This document shows, one piece after another, positions 1 to 8,843 of a DNA stretch of 64,000 bases. A program made the position numbers and the translations under genes. The notes under the pieces were generated by a model. That model was given only the letters and a program-made list of their open reading frames with translations, searched no databases and was not told where the DNA came from. Positions within the stretch are counted from its first letter, which is position 1. Every line of letters starts with the position of its first letter. This stretch comes from Candidatus Saccharimonadia bacterium (GTDB lineage Bacteria > Patescibacteriota > Saccharimonadia > Saccharimonadales > JALRHH01), in NCBI GenBank assembly GCA_023253175.1, contig JALRHH010000002.1, positions 320,199 to 384,198 of the forward strand, read 5' to 3'.

Positions 1-1700
1 AGCGTGATGATGACGAAATCACCGATCTTGCTGATCTTAAGGAAAAGCGTGGCTTCAAGCTAAACGAAGGTGTACCAGTTGTAAAACATAACGAAGAACC
101 AGCCGAAAAACCACGTCCACGCCTCAGCTCACTACGTAATTCAGCAGAGAAAGCTGCGCCGGTTGATCCGGCGGCAGCGCTCGTAACCCGCAGCGATACT
201 GATTGGCAATTTCCAAATGTAAACCTCCTTAACCAGAAGGTTGATAAGGCTGATGCAGGTGATGTCGAAGGCAATGCTGATGCGATCAAAGAAACATTCG
301 AACACTTTAATATTACCGTTGAAATGGAAGGCGCCAACGTTGGCCCGCGTGTCACACAGTACACGCTTAAGCCGCCAACCGGTGTTAAGCTGACTAAGAT
401 TACCGCACTTGAAAACAACCTGGCGCTTGATTTGGCTGCCACGAGCATCCGTATTGAGGCGCCAATTCCTGGAAAGCGCGCGGTTGGTATCGAGGTGCCA
501 AACGTGAAGCCATCAATTGTCCGTGCCTCAAGTCTCTTTATGTCAAAGGACTGGCAAAAGCTTGATAGCCCACTGGGATTTGCGATTGGTAAAGACATTG
601 GTGGGGTACCGGTGGTGGCAGACCTTGCAAAAATGCCGCACCTTATGGTGGCTGGTACGACTGGTTCTGGTAAGTCCGTTGTGCTCAACACGCTGCTGAC
701 AAGTCTTTTGTACCGCAACTCACCATCTGATCTAAAGTTGATTCTGGTTGACCCTAAGTATGTTGAAATGGGTATGTACGATGACATTCCGCACTTGCTA
801 ACCCCAGTTATTACGGAGTCAGAGAAGGTAATTAGTGCGCTGAAATGGGCAATCGCAGAGATGGAACGCCGTCTCAAGGCGATGGCTGAGGTCAAGGCCA
901 AGAATATCGGTGAATACAACAAGATGAAACAAGAATCAGGCATGCCATACATCGTGATCGTGATCGATGAGCTTGCGGATCTTATGATGGTGGCGGCCCG
1001 CGACGTTGAAGCATTGATCGCACGTTTGGCGGCCAAGGCTCGTGCTGCTGGTATTCACCTTGTGCTCGCGACGCAGCGTCCGTCTGTAGACGTTGTTACC
1101 GGTGTGATTAAGGCGAACATTCCAGCCCGTATTGCACTGACGACGCAGTCCCAGGTCGACTCCCGCACGATTATTGACCAGGTCGGTGCAGAGAAGCTGC
1201 TCGGTAAGGGTGACATGCTGCTTAAAACCAGCGATATGCTGAAGCCAAAGCGTGTGCAGTCTGCCTTTATTGATACAGATGAGATTAGCAAAGTTGTTGA
1301 CTTCATTAAGGCGCAGCGCCTGCCGCAGTACGATGACGAGGTTGTATCGCAACCCGTTCAGTTGAATGGCAAGGGCGGCGTGGTTGCTGACTTTGGTGGT
1401 CAGGACGCAGATGACGATATGTTTAAGGACGCAGTGCGTGCAGTGATTGAGGCCAAAAAGGCGTCGACGTCACTCCTGCAGCGCCGTCTCCGTATCGGCT
1501 ATGGCCGTGCAGCACGTTTGATCGAAACCATGGAAGAACAGGGTATAATCGGTCAAGCTGATGGATCTCGTCCGCGTGAAGTACTTGTGAGTAGTTATGA
1601 CGAAGTCTTTGGCGGCGGTGGAGCGAACGTCGATAACGAAGTGCTTGACGAAAACTTCCCAGACGAAGATTCACCCAAAAACCGCTTCCTCGTCCAATAA
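1..1700 (+). CDS. ftsK: DNA translocase FtsK/SpoIIIE (5' end outside window)
   Basis: The frame is open from nt 3, upstream of the ORF-track Met at 324. Motifs: Walker A GTTGSGKS, Walker B IVIVIDELADLMM, ATQRPSVDVVTGVIKANIP, and a C-terminal gamma winged helix SLLQRRLRIGYGRAARLIETMEEQGIIG. Confidence 0.95.
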   Translation, partial: RDDDEITDLADLKEKRGFKLNEGVPVVKHNEEPAEKPRPRLSSLRNSAEKAAPVDPAAALVTRSDTDWQFPNVNLLNQKVDKADAGDVEGNADAIKETFEHFNITVEMEGANVGPRVTQYTLKPPTGVKLTKITALENNLALDLAATSIRIEAPIPGKRAVGIEVPNVKPSIVRASSLFMSKDWQKLDSPLGFAIGKDIGGVPVVADLAKMPHLMVAGTTGSGKSVVLNTLLTSLLYRNSPSDLKLILVDPKYVEMGMYDDIPHLLTPVITESEKVISALKWAIAEMERRLKAMAEVKAKNIGEYNKMKQESGMPYIVIVIDELADLMMVAARDVEALIARLAAKARAAGIHLVLATQRPSVDVVTGVIKANIPARIALTTQSQVDSRTIIDQVGAEKLLGKGDMLLKTSDMLKPKRVQSAFIDTDEISKVVDFIKAQRLPQYDDEVVSQPVQLNGKGGVVADFGGQDADDDMFKDAVRAVIEAKKASTSLLQRRLRIGYGRAARLIETMEEQGIIGQADGSRPREVLVSSYDEVFGGGGANVDNEVLDENFPDEDSPKNRFLVQ

Positions 1701-1779
1701 ACAGGGTTGATTTAACTGAACCATAAGCGCATTATTATGGTAGATATGGTGAAAACAAACATGGGACAACAGGACTAGC

Positions 1780-2817
1780 ATGGTAGGGCGGATCGGGTCA
1801 GCTGAAGTATATGCTGATCCGTCTGCCGCTGCATCTGAGGTGGCACTCTTCTCGCCACATCCCTCCTATGAGCAGTACCTAAAAATCCACAAGGTTCTGG
1901 TGGGTCCACGCACTGCAGTTACACTCGAGAAAATTCATGAAGATTTATCAAGTGAGTCATTGCCTCGCTATCTTTCGGCTGCAGGTTGGGCGGCCGCTGA
2001 AGCTGCACTTGCCCAAGATACTGTACCAACTAAGCATCGTTTACGATTGTTAGACGCTGCTGTTGATTGCTGGGATAGAGCTGCCAGGAATCAAATGTTC
2101 CTGAACCAATCAGAGAAAGTACATCTGGCAGAGTATTCTGCGCCGTATAGAGCAGCACTTGATATTGCAACAGAGCCACTGCTGCGAGGCATTGTGCTCG
2201 GTAATGTAACGGGCAAAGTGCTTGATGACGTATTTGAAGACTGTCTTGCAATTGCCAATGCGAATGCAGCTGAATACACAGACGCACTTGCTAACGGTGA
2301 TCATGAGAGGATTGCTGAACACAGCGGTTTTGGGTACGAGTGCAACGCGCTCCTTGCGCTCAATCGTCTCAAAATGAAAACATGGTTTGCTGTGCCGGCA
2401 TTCGCACGTTCAGATAGTGGCCATCATCATCCCGAACAGACGCATGATCTTTCTGTAATACGACAAAAGTGGGGGGTTATTAAAGGTATTACACCCGTTG
2501 AAATCAAAGCAGCAGCGAATGCTCGTGCGAAGCGGCGGTATAAAGCTTTGCTCGTAAGGGGTAAAATGCATCTGTCTACACCAGGGAAATATCCGCCAAC
2601 AGAAACACTCGGTGCTATTAATGCTGTTCATCTTGGTAATGCCTCCCGGGATCAGATGAAATTAGCAGAACAAGCATCTGTAACATTAATAGATATGCTT
2701 CGCGACTACCGCGCGGGCGAGGTGCTTGGCGGTATTGCAACCGAGCGTTCCGTAACTGCATTTAGAAGTAATGCATTGGTGGTAGCACGTCATCCAGGCT
2801 TGAATGTGGCTGTATGA
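1780..2817 (+). CDS. hypothetical protein, possible PD-(D/E)xK nuclease-like core
   Basis: 345-aa ORF with no TM segment or signal peptide. GFGYECN ... THDLSVI-x17-PVEIK resembles the E / hD / ExK arrangement. I recognise no family. Confidence 0.5.
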   Translation: MVGRIGSAEVYADPSAAASEVALFSPHPSYEQYLKIHKVLVGPRTAVTLEKIHEDLSSESLPRYLSAAGWAAAEAALAQDTVPTKHRLRLLDAAVDCWDRAARNQMFLNQSEKVHLAEYSAPYRAALDIATEPLLRGIVLGNVTGKVLDDVFEDCLAIANANAAEYTDALANGDHERIAEHSGFGYECNALLALNRLKMKTWFAVPAFARSDSGHHHPEQTHDLSVIRQKWGVIKGITPVEIKAAANARAKRRYKALLVRGKMHLSTPGKYPPTETLGAINAVHLGNASRDQMKLAEQASVTLIDMLRDYRAGEVLGGIATERSVTAFRSNALVVARHPGLNVAV

Positions 2818-2846
2818 GCCAAGAGAGGTCTTAATTATGTCCCGGA

Positions 2847-3281
2847 TTATTTCTTTAAAAGTACAAAACCAACAATCAGTATTGGCAGCACAACGAATGT
2901 AATCCCAAAGCTACCAAATAGCCAGAGTAGTCCAGATTCATCCCTGGATGCAGTGATAATGTAGGCAGTTATAACGACTGTGGAACCGGCGATAAGTGAT
3001 AATCCAATTTTTTTATGTTGAGAATGTTTTGCCGATACTAAAGGAGTAGCAGGTGTAGCTTCAAGGGGTTCTTTAGATAGTGCAATGAACTTGGACATAA
3101 GAAACCAACCGAGTGCGAGGAATGGAACCCAGATGGCTGCAGTTAAGATCATTCCAAAGATAAATACTCTGTAATCCATTTCCGGATCGGATAGTACAGA
3201 TAAGGAGCCGATAAGGTATGTCAAAAAAGGTACAGTCGATAAGACAGCACCAATAAGATACAAAGTTTTTTTGGTCCGCAT
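2847..3281 (-). CDS. small integral membrane protein
   Basis: 144 aa with about four long hydrophobic stretches. No recognisable family. Confidence 0.6.
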   Translation of the reverse strand: MRTKKTLYLIGAVLSTVPFLTYLIGSLSVLSDPEMDYRVFIFGMILTAAIWVPFLALGWFLMSKFIALSKEPLEATPATPLVSAKHSQHKKIGLSLIAGSTVVITAYIITASRDESGLLWLFGSFGITFVVLPILIVGFVLLKK

Positions 3282-3395
3282 GGCTCAATAGTAGCATAGA
3301 CTTGCATAACAGGGGTGATTATAGTATACTAGCGGAGTTAATAACTCAGCTCATAGCAAATAAGGCGTATGGGCTATAACCAAGGGAGAATCTCT

Positions 3396-3779
3396 ATGAT
3401 TTCACAGTACGAAGTTGCTGTACTCTATCACCCTGACCTTGAAGTCGATCTGACCAAGGCAGAGGAGCGCGTAACCAAGATCATCACCGACAACGGTGGT
3501 AAGATTACCGCTACCGACAACTGGGGCAAGCGCAAGCTGCTCTACACAATCAAGAAGCTTGACCACGCTGTCTACGTGTTTTACACCGTAGAAATGCCAG
3601 GTGAAGGTGTTAAGAAGGTTGAATCAACCCTTAACATTACTGACGAAGTAATTCGTTACCTTATTACTAAGCCAGACCTTAAGAAGCTTGCTAAGGCTGA
3701 GGCTGCTAAGGCTGAAAAGGCTAAGAAAGCTGCAGAGCGCGGTGAATCAGCTGATTCTGACGAAAAGGACGAGGAGTAA
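3396..3779 (+). CDS. rpsF: 30S ribosomal protein S6
   Basis: [17 protein letters not shown]...[13 protein letters not shown] with an acidic C-tail. I moved the start to ATG 3396, which follows AGGGAG (3384-3389). Confidence 0.9.
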   Translation: MISQYEVAVLYHPDLEVDLTKAEERVTKIITDNGGKITATDNWGKRKLLYTIKKLDHAVYVFYTVEMPGEGVKKVESTLNITDEVIRYLITKPDLKKLAKAEAAKAEKAKKAAERGESADSDEKDEE

Positions 3780-3783
3780 ATTT

Positions 3784-3987
3784 ATGGCTAAGATTTTCAA
3801 GCACAAGACAGACGTTGCATACTTTGACCACAAGGATTTCAAAACTTTGCAGCGTTACATCAATCAGTTTGGTCAGATCGAGTCTCGCAAGAAGACTGGT
3901 CTCAAGGAAAGCGAACAGCGCCGCCTCGCGATTGCGATCAAGCGTGCTCGTCACCTTGCATTGCTACCATTCGTAGCACAGGGTTAA
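3784..3987 (+). CDS. rpsR: 30S ribosomal protein S18
   Basis: MAKIFKHK...[23 protein letters not shown]...[19 protein letters not shown]. The ORF-track N-terminal extension overlaps rpsF and is rejected. Confidence 0.9.
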   Translation: MAKIFKHKTDVAYFDHKDFKTLQRYINQFGQIESRKKTGLKESEQRRLAIAIKRARHLALLPFVAQG

Positions 3988-4011
3988 TATCCCTTGAAAC
4001 TGTAGTAAAAA

Positions 4012-4038
4012 AGAGCTCACACTGGTGGGCTCTTTTTA
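4012..4038 (+). terminator. rho-independent terminator after rpsF-rpsR
   Basis: AGAGCUCAC-ACUG-GUGGGCUCU stem (9 bp including one G-U) followed by TTTTT. Confidence 0.6.
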
Positions 4039-4099
4039 TATGCGTTACAATATGAGTACAAATTAAATGGACATAGTTCCATAACAGGAGGGATGCCAC

Positions 4100-4573
4100 A
4101 TGGCACGTAGTTTCAATCAAGTCGTATTAATGGGGAACTTGACCCGTGATCCAGAGCTTCGTCAGACACCGAATGGTCAGTCTGTGACAAGCTTTAGCCT
4201 GGCGCTAAACCGCAGTTACAAAGGTTCTGATGGCCAGTGGCAAGAAGCAACAGATTACATTGATGTTGTTGCATGGGGCCCACTTGGTGAGCGCGTTGCG
4301 CAGTACCTGTCAAAAGGTCGTCCATGTCTTGTGAATGGTCGTTTGCAATCACGTAGCTGGGAGCAAGACGGTCAAAAGCGCAGCAAGGTAGAAGTTGTTG
4401 CGCAGGACGTTACATTCCTTGGTGGTGCAGGTGAAGGCGGCGGTAACAGCGGCTCTTCTTACGGTGGTGAAAGCAGCGCACCCGCAGCATCTGCGCCAGC
4501 TAAGAAAAAGGATGACATTGTTATCGAGGACATTGGTGACGAGCCAATCAACCTTGACGACATTCCTTTCTAA
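4100..4573 (+). CDS. ssb: single-stranded DNA-binding protein
   Basis: OB-fold N-terminus (NQVVLMGNLTRDPELRQTPNG), a Gly-rich linker and the canonical acidic tail ...DDIPF. Confidence 0.95.
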   Translation: MARSFNQVVLMGNLTRDPELRQTPNGQSVTSFSLALNRSYKGSDGQWQEATDYIDVVAWGPLGERVAQYLSKGRPCLVNGRLQSRSWEQDGQKRSKVEVVAQDVTFLGGAGEGGGNSGSSYGGESSAPAASAPAKKKDDIVIEDIGDEPINLDDIPF

Positions 4574-4908
4574 TGACAGAAGAAGTTCAGTCGCCATTTT
4601 TACTCGCAAAACGTCTGGAAGCAGACGTTTTGCGTTTATTATCACAGATGGATGTTTCTTTGCTAACTACTGCCGAACAGCAAAAGGTATCGACGCTGAA
4701 GCATAGTTTGATTGATGCTCGGCTCGAGATCCAGGATTATGAACTGGCAGAAACCAGGGAAGATCAGCTGCGAAATGCTGCAGATTCTAAAAAATATCTT
4801 CAGATAGCGAAAACCATTATTACCAGCGGTAACTTATATGTGTTCGGTGCGGTTGATGTGGCACACCTAACGGCTCAGCTTGAACAAATTGTTGAACGGC
4901 TCCACTAG
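4573..4908 (+). CDS. hypothetical helical protein
   Basis: 111-aa ORF whose ATG overlaps the ssb stop by 1 nt. No recognisable motif. Confidence 0.5.
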   Translation: MTEEVQSPFLLAKRLEADVLRLLSQMDVSLLTTAEQQKVSTLKHSLIDARLEIQDYELAETREDQLRNAADSKKYLQIAKTIITSGNLYVFGAVDVAHLTAQLEQIVERLH

Positions 4909-4947
4909 CATCACTGATTGTAACAGGGGTAGGAAGCTGGTATACTT

Positions 4948-5238
4948 ATGCATATGAGTAGTCATGACGATATCCAAAGACAAGCAGAGCGTATGCGCAA
5001 CACCCTGAAGGATTGGCTTGATATGCCCGGTCATTCGCAGGCCAAAGCCGTGCAGCAAAATATCGAACGTTTGATTAGTGATGCTCGAGGTAAGAAGAGC
5101 CGCGAAGCACTCGACAATGACCTGAAACAGATTATGCAGAGTCTCGAGCGTGTCGAGGAAGAAGTCATGGATCACCACCACAGCGACAAGCTGATTGGTA
5201 TGTGTGAAGACCTTCGCCGCGAAGCATCCCGACTTTAA
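4948..5238 (+). CDS. hypothetical helical protein
   Basis: 96-aa ORF, charged and helical, with no motif. Confidence 0.45.
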   Translation: MHMSSHDDIQRQAERMRNTLKDWLDMPGHSQAKAVQQNIERLISDARGKKSREALDNDLKQIMQSLERVEEEVMDHHHSDKLIGMCEDLRREASRL

Positions 5239-5409
5239 CAGAGATGATATACTAGTAACAACCACAGATAAGTGGATGTTTAGGCGAGCGCAGATTGGGA
5301 TGCTGAACGAGGCTTGATCTGGAGTCGTACTGATGTACGACGAAAGGTCAGACGTAAGTTCAGCGCCCAAGGTGGGCCGCATTAACATTCACGCACACAA
5401 GGAGTAAGA

Positions 5410-5976
5410 ATGGCACTTGGAGTTACGGATTTAAAAAAAGGACAGGTATTTCAGATGGATGGTACACCGTACCGCGTCGTTGAATATTCCCAGAAGGTTG
5501 TGGGCCGCGGTGGTTCAATCGTGAATGTTAAGATCAAGAGCTTGCTTGATGGCAAAGTATTGGCAAAGACATTCAAAGGTAACGAATCTATTGAGCCAGC
5601 TGATATTACCAATAAAAATGTCCAGTTCTTGTATTCAGACGACAATACATTTTTCTTTATGGATGAAGATACTTATGAACAGTTTGAACTATCCGCAGAA
5701 GACATGGAATCGCAGAAGGGTTACATGAAGGAAGGCGACCGCGTGCAGGCGCAGCTGTTTGACGGCCGCGTGATAAACATTGAACTTGCTAAGAACGTAC
5801 CACTAAAGGTTGTGTATACCGAAAATGTCGTCAAGGGCGATACGACCAGTAGTGTACTCAAGGATGCCGAAGTAGAGACTGGCATTACTGTCAAAGTACC
5901 AGCCTTTATAAAGGAAGGTGATCTGATTTCTGTTGATACCACGACAGGCGCATACCGCGAACGCGTGAAGGATTAA
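5410..5976 (+). CDS. efp: elongation factor P
   Basis: GVTDLKKGQVFQMDGTPYRVVEYSQKVVGRGGSIVNVKIKSLLDGKV; typical length of 188 aa; AAGGAG RBS. Confidence 0.95.
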   Translation: MALGVTDLKKGQVFQMDGTPYRVVEYSQKVVGRGGSIVNVKIKSLLDGKVLAKTFKGNESIEPADITNKNVQFLYSDDNTFFFMDEDTYEQFELSAEDMESQKGYMKEGDRVQAQLFDGRVINIELAKNVPLKVVYTENVVKGDTTSSVLKDAEVETGITVKVPAFIKEGDLISVDTTTGAYRERVKD

Positions 5977-5978
5977 GC

Positions 5979-6464
5979 ATGTCGGCACCGCTTAACCATA
6001 CAATGTTAGCACTCACATTTGAGCAGTACCCAGATGGTTATGAGACTGAAAAAGTCCCACGTCATATCACGGTTTTACCATGGTTCACAGGCGATGAGCA
6101 CAATACGACTCAAATTATCAGTGAGGCTTGTGGGCAGACAGGGCCCATAGAGGTTTTGCCCGGAAAACTTGGACAAGTAGGGTCAGAGGGATACTGGAAG
6201 GCTGCACGTTTCCTGGAGAGTTCCGCACTTCGTCTATTCCATAAAAGACTATTCTCCGAGCTCGTGAAGGAGGGTATTGCATTTTCTCATCCCCAGTGGC
6301 TTGGAGATAACTACGCCCCACATATTCGTGTAAAACCAGGAGATTCGGATTTTTATCCGGAAGGCTACACGTTTTCTAGTCTTGCAATGGTACGTAATGG
6401 TAGGGGGATTATCGACGGGGCTGCGCGTAAAACCATTACTAATATTCCACTAGGCAATCGTTAA
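5979..6464 (+). CDS. 2H phosphoesterase superfamily protein, paralog 1
   Basis: 161 aa. The first motif PRHITVLPWF is HxTx. The second, YAPHIRVK, is HxR and so degenerate. Same architecture as the next two ORFs. Confidence 0.6.
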   Translation: MSAPLNHTMLALTFEQYPDGYETEKVPRHITVLPWFTGDEHNTTQIISEACGQTGPIEVLPGKLGQVGSEGYWKAARFLESSALRLFHKRLFSELVKEGIAFSHPQWLGDNYAPHIRVKPGDSDFYPEGYTFSSLAMVRNGRGIIDGAARKTITNIPLGNR

Positions 6465-6943
6465 TGCATGCATATTTACTCGCACTTGAGATTGAACCAG
6501 TAGAAATTGGTAAGGTGTATGTGGCATTGCCACTGCACTGTACGGTGGTGCACTGGTTCCGTTCCGACAAAACACCGGCTGAAATCCTGAAGGCTATTAC
6601 ACCGGTTGTAACGACGACTGCACCACTTGAACTTGTCAGCGGGCCGGAAGATATGTTTGGCAAGGACAAGGACGTGCCGGTAAATAGATTGCTCAATGAT
6701 GAAAAGCTCATGGCTCTTCACAAGTCGCTGCATACACTACTACAGCAGATTGGGGCAAGGGACGTAGAGCCGATCTGGACGGGTGATGGATTTAATATGC
6801 ATGTCACTAGGCAACGAAGTGGTCGGTTCGAGGAGGGGCGGCGGTTTACTGCCCGAAAATTATACCTGGCAGAGGCGCTGTTACCTGATGAACTGCAGCA
6901 GAAGAAAATTACCTCAAAACTCATTTTAAAGGGTGATTCATGA
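6464..6943 (+). CDS. 2H phosphoesterase superfamily protein, paralog 2
   Basis: 159 aa with two HxT motifs, LHCTVVHWF and NMHVTRQ. Start overlaps the previous stop (TAATG). Confidence 0.6.
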   Translation: MHAYLLALEIEPVEIGKVYVALPLHCTVVHWFRSDKTPAEILKAITPVVTTTAPLELVSGPEDMFGKDKDVPVNRLLNDEKLMALHKSLHTLLQQIGARDVEPIWTGDGFNMHVTRQRSGRFEEGRRFTARKLYLAEALLPDELQQKKITSKLILKGDS

Positions 6944-7425
6944 ATCCCGGTGCATTAGTGCTTGTTGCAATGGTAGACCCGGCTTCTGTGCCGTCAACAT
7001 TTCGCAGAAAGCTTCTAGAGTGGCCGTTACATGTGACGGTCGCGCCATGGTTTTCGGTGCCCGACGAGGACCTATTTATTCAATTCCTAGAGCGGAACTT
7101 ACCAAGTGAGCCAAGTTTTGAATCACTTATGGGTGAGGATGCAGCTTTTGGTGCAGACAACGAAATTCCGGTAACGCTCGTTTCGAACAGGGAGCCATTT
7201 GCGGTACTGCACAATTATTTGCTCGAAGCGATTCATGGTTATGACGGCGTGATGCTCGTGAACACATGGATCCGCGAAAACTATAAGCCACATGTCACGC
7301 ATCATGGCGAAAACAGATTATTCCCCGGTGATACATTTATGGTTCGCTCACTGACCTTGGTGAGATTACTGGATGAAGATGTGTGCGAAGTTGTAACATC
7401 ATTTGCTTTAGGAGCAGGGAAATGA
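6940..7425 (+). CDS. 2H phosphoesterase superfamily protein, paralog 3
   Basis: 161 aa with two HxT motifs, LHVTVAPWF and KPHVTHH. ATGA overlaps at both ends. Confidence 0.6.
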   Translation: MNPGALVLVAMVDPASVPSTFRRKLLEWPLHVTVAPWFSVPDEDLFIQFLERNLPSEPSFESLMGEDAAFGADNEIPVTLVSNREPFAVLHNYLLEAIHGYDGVMLVNTWIRENYKPHVTHHGENRLFPGDTFMVRSLTLVRLLDEDVCEVVTSFALGAGK

Positions 7426-8138
7426 AACAAAGATTAGATCAGGTGCTTGTGGTGAAAGGGCTACTACCAACCCGTAGTCAGGCAGAGAATTTTATCCGCC
7501 TCGGCGACGTAACGGTAAACGGCAAAGTGGTGACTAAGCCGGGATTTATGCTAAATCCTAATGATACGGTTGAGCTTACCGCTAAGGAACAGTATGTATC
7601 CCGTGCTGGTCTAAAACTTGCATCGATTGCCAAGATTCTGAACCTAAATTTCAAGGGTGCTGTCGTGCTGGACGTTGGATCAAGCACCGGTGGGTTTACG
7701 GATTACGCTCTCCAGCACGGCGCAGATCACGTTATTGCAGTGGATGTCGGCACGAACCAGCTGCATCCAAGTCTGCATGGCAATCCAAAGATTGAATTGT
7801 ACGAGCAAACCGACATACGTGATGTTAAGGCGCTGTCGCGGGCGGCGGATATCGTCGTGATTGATGTATCGTTTATTAGTCTGCGGGAAATATTGCCGAC
7901 AGTCGCTAAGTTATCTACCAAAGGCACTAAGATTGCTGCCATGGTTAAGCCACAGTTCGAGGCAGGGAATAATGCCAAGCACAAAGGCGTAATCAAGAAC
8001 GATCGTATGCGCCGTGATATTCTGCAGGATTTTGAAATGTGGGCAAAAAAGTACTTTGTGGTTCTTGATAAGGCGGATTCCGAGGTTGCGGGAACCAAAG
8101 GAAACCGCGAACGGTTCTACCTGTTGCAAAAGGTATAG
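7422..8138 (+). CDS. tlyA: TlyA-family rRNA 2'-O-methyltransferase (S4 + FtsJ domains)
   Basis: MKQRLDQVLVVKGLLPTRSQAENFIRLGDVTVNG (S4 domain) followed by VLDVGSSTGGFTDYALQHGA (SAM-binding). I set the start at ATG 7422, which overlaps the previous stop. Confidence 0.9.
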   Translation: MKQRLDQVLVVKGLLPTRSQAENFIRLGDVTVNGKVVTKPGFMLNPNDTVELTAKEQYVSRAGLKLASIAKILNLNFKGAVVLDVGSSTGGFTDYALQHGADHVIAVDVGTNQLHPSLHGNPKIELYEQTDIRDVKALSRAADIVVIDVSFISLREILPTVAKLSTKGTKIAAMVKPQFEAGNNAKHKGVIKNDRMRRDILQDFEMWAKKYFVVLDKADSEVAGTKGNRERFYLLQKV

Positions 8139-8141
8139 ATA

Positions 8142-8171
8142 TTGACAAAATAGCATTAAATATGCTATAAT
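8142..8171 (+). promoter_or_regulatory. near-consensus sigma70 promoter
   Basis: TTGACA (8142-8147), an 18-nt spacer, then TATAAT (8166-8171). It lies in AT-rich native-looking sequence just upstream of the GC-rich ORF. Confidence 0.6.
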
Positions 8172-8230
8172 AGAAGGATGTAACCAGTTCTGGCTGCATG
8201 TTCTTCCCCAACAAGAGAGGACGCATTACA

Positions 8231-8668
8231 ATGCGATCTTTCCGTTTCAACCCCACGTCAATCATCACGGTCGTCGCTGTGGTGGCAGGCTACTTCGCCT
8301 TGTCGGCATCCACCGCACAGGCAGGAGAAGATGACCTGAAGGCCGTTCACCCGAACGTGATCAGCAGGACCATCAACGAGCCGTGCCCCAGGGGCTTCGA
8401 CAAGCAGTTCAAGGCGCGACTCGTCGTTCCGAAGGGCAGCAGGATCTACAAGGCTCTCGAGCTCAAGATCCTCTTCTCTGGAGGCGATGCGCCCGAGGAA
8501 TCCGGCCAGAAGATCAACTCGCGTACCTACGAGTACTTCGTGACCGCACCCTCGCGCAAGAGCACCATCGACCTCTACCGGCTGCGGTACATCGCGATCT
8601 ACGCGGACTACTCCGGCCACACCTACAAGTTCAAGCTGAGCCACACCTGTATGTCGCGTGAAGTCTGA
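8231..8668 (+). CDS. small secreted protein encoded in a GC3-rich islet (likely foreign)
   Basis: Signal peptide MRSFRFNPTSIITVVAVVAGYFALSASTAQA|GEDD with GAGAGGA upstream. By my hand count about 120 of 145 codons end in G/C, unlike the neighbouring genes. Confidence 0.7.
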   Translation: MRSFRFNPTSIITVVAVVAGYFALSASTAQAGEDDLKAVHPNVISRTINEPCPRGFDKQFKARLVVPKGSRIYKALELKILFSGGDAPEESGQKINSRTYEYFVTAPSRKSTIDLYRLRYIAIYADYSGHTYKFKLSHTCMSREV

Positions 8669-8704
8669 CCGGGTGAAGCGTCAATCTCGGGTCTGAAGAA
8701 CCAA

Positions 8705-8804
8705 GCGGAGACGCGTATGTGCTGTACTCGGCAGAGGACAAGATCGACCACCATGGTCATCCCCTCTACCGAGTACCACATACGCCCTCCGCTTTCTTCA
8801 TTTT
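8705..8804 (+). terminator. long interrupted GC-rich hairpin plus T-tract
   Basis: 8705-8737 pairs with 8763-8792 (about 28 bp in four segments, 25-nt loop), followed by TTTCTTCATTTT. Confidence 0.6.
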
Positions 8805-8843
8805 AGGCACCAGAATTTAAAGAGCTAATGCTACAATACGGTC

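Noticed and set aside
8258-8661. Long ORFs 8258-8644 (minus, 128 aa) and 8383-8661 (plus, 92 aa) overlapping the GC-rich gene
   Set aside because: These are the stop-codon-poor alternative frames expected in high-GC DNA. Only the 8231-8668 frame has an RBS, a signal peptide and strong G/C third-position bias.
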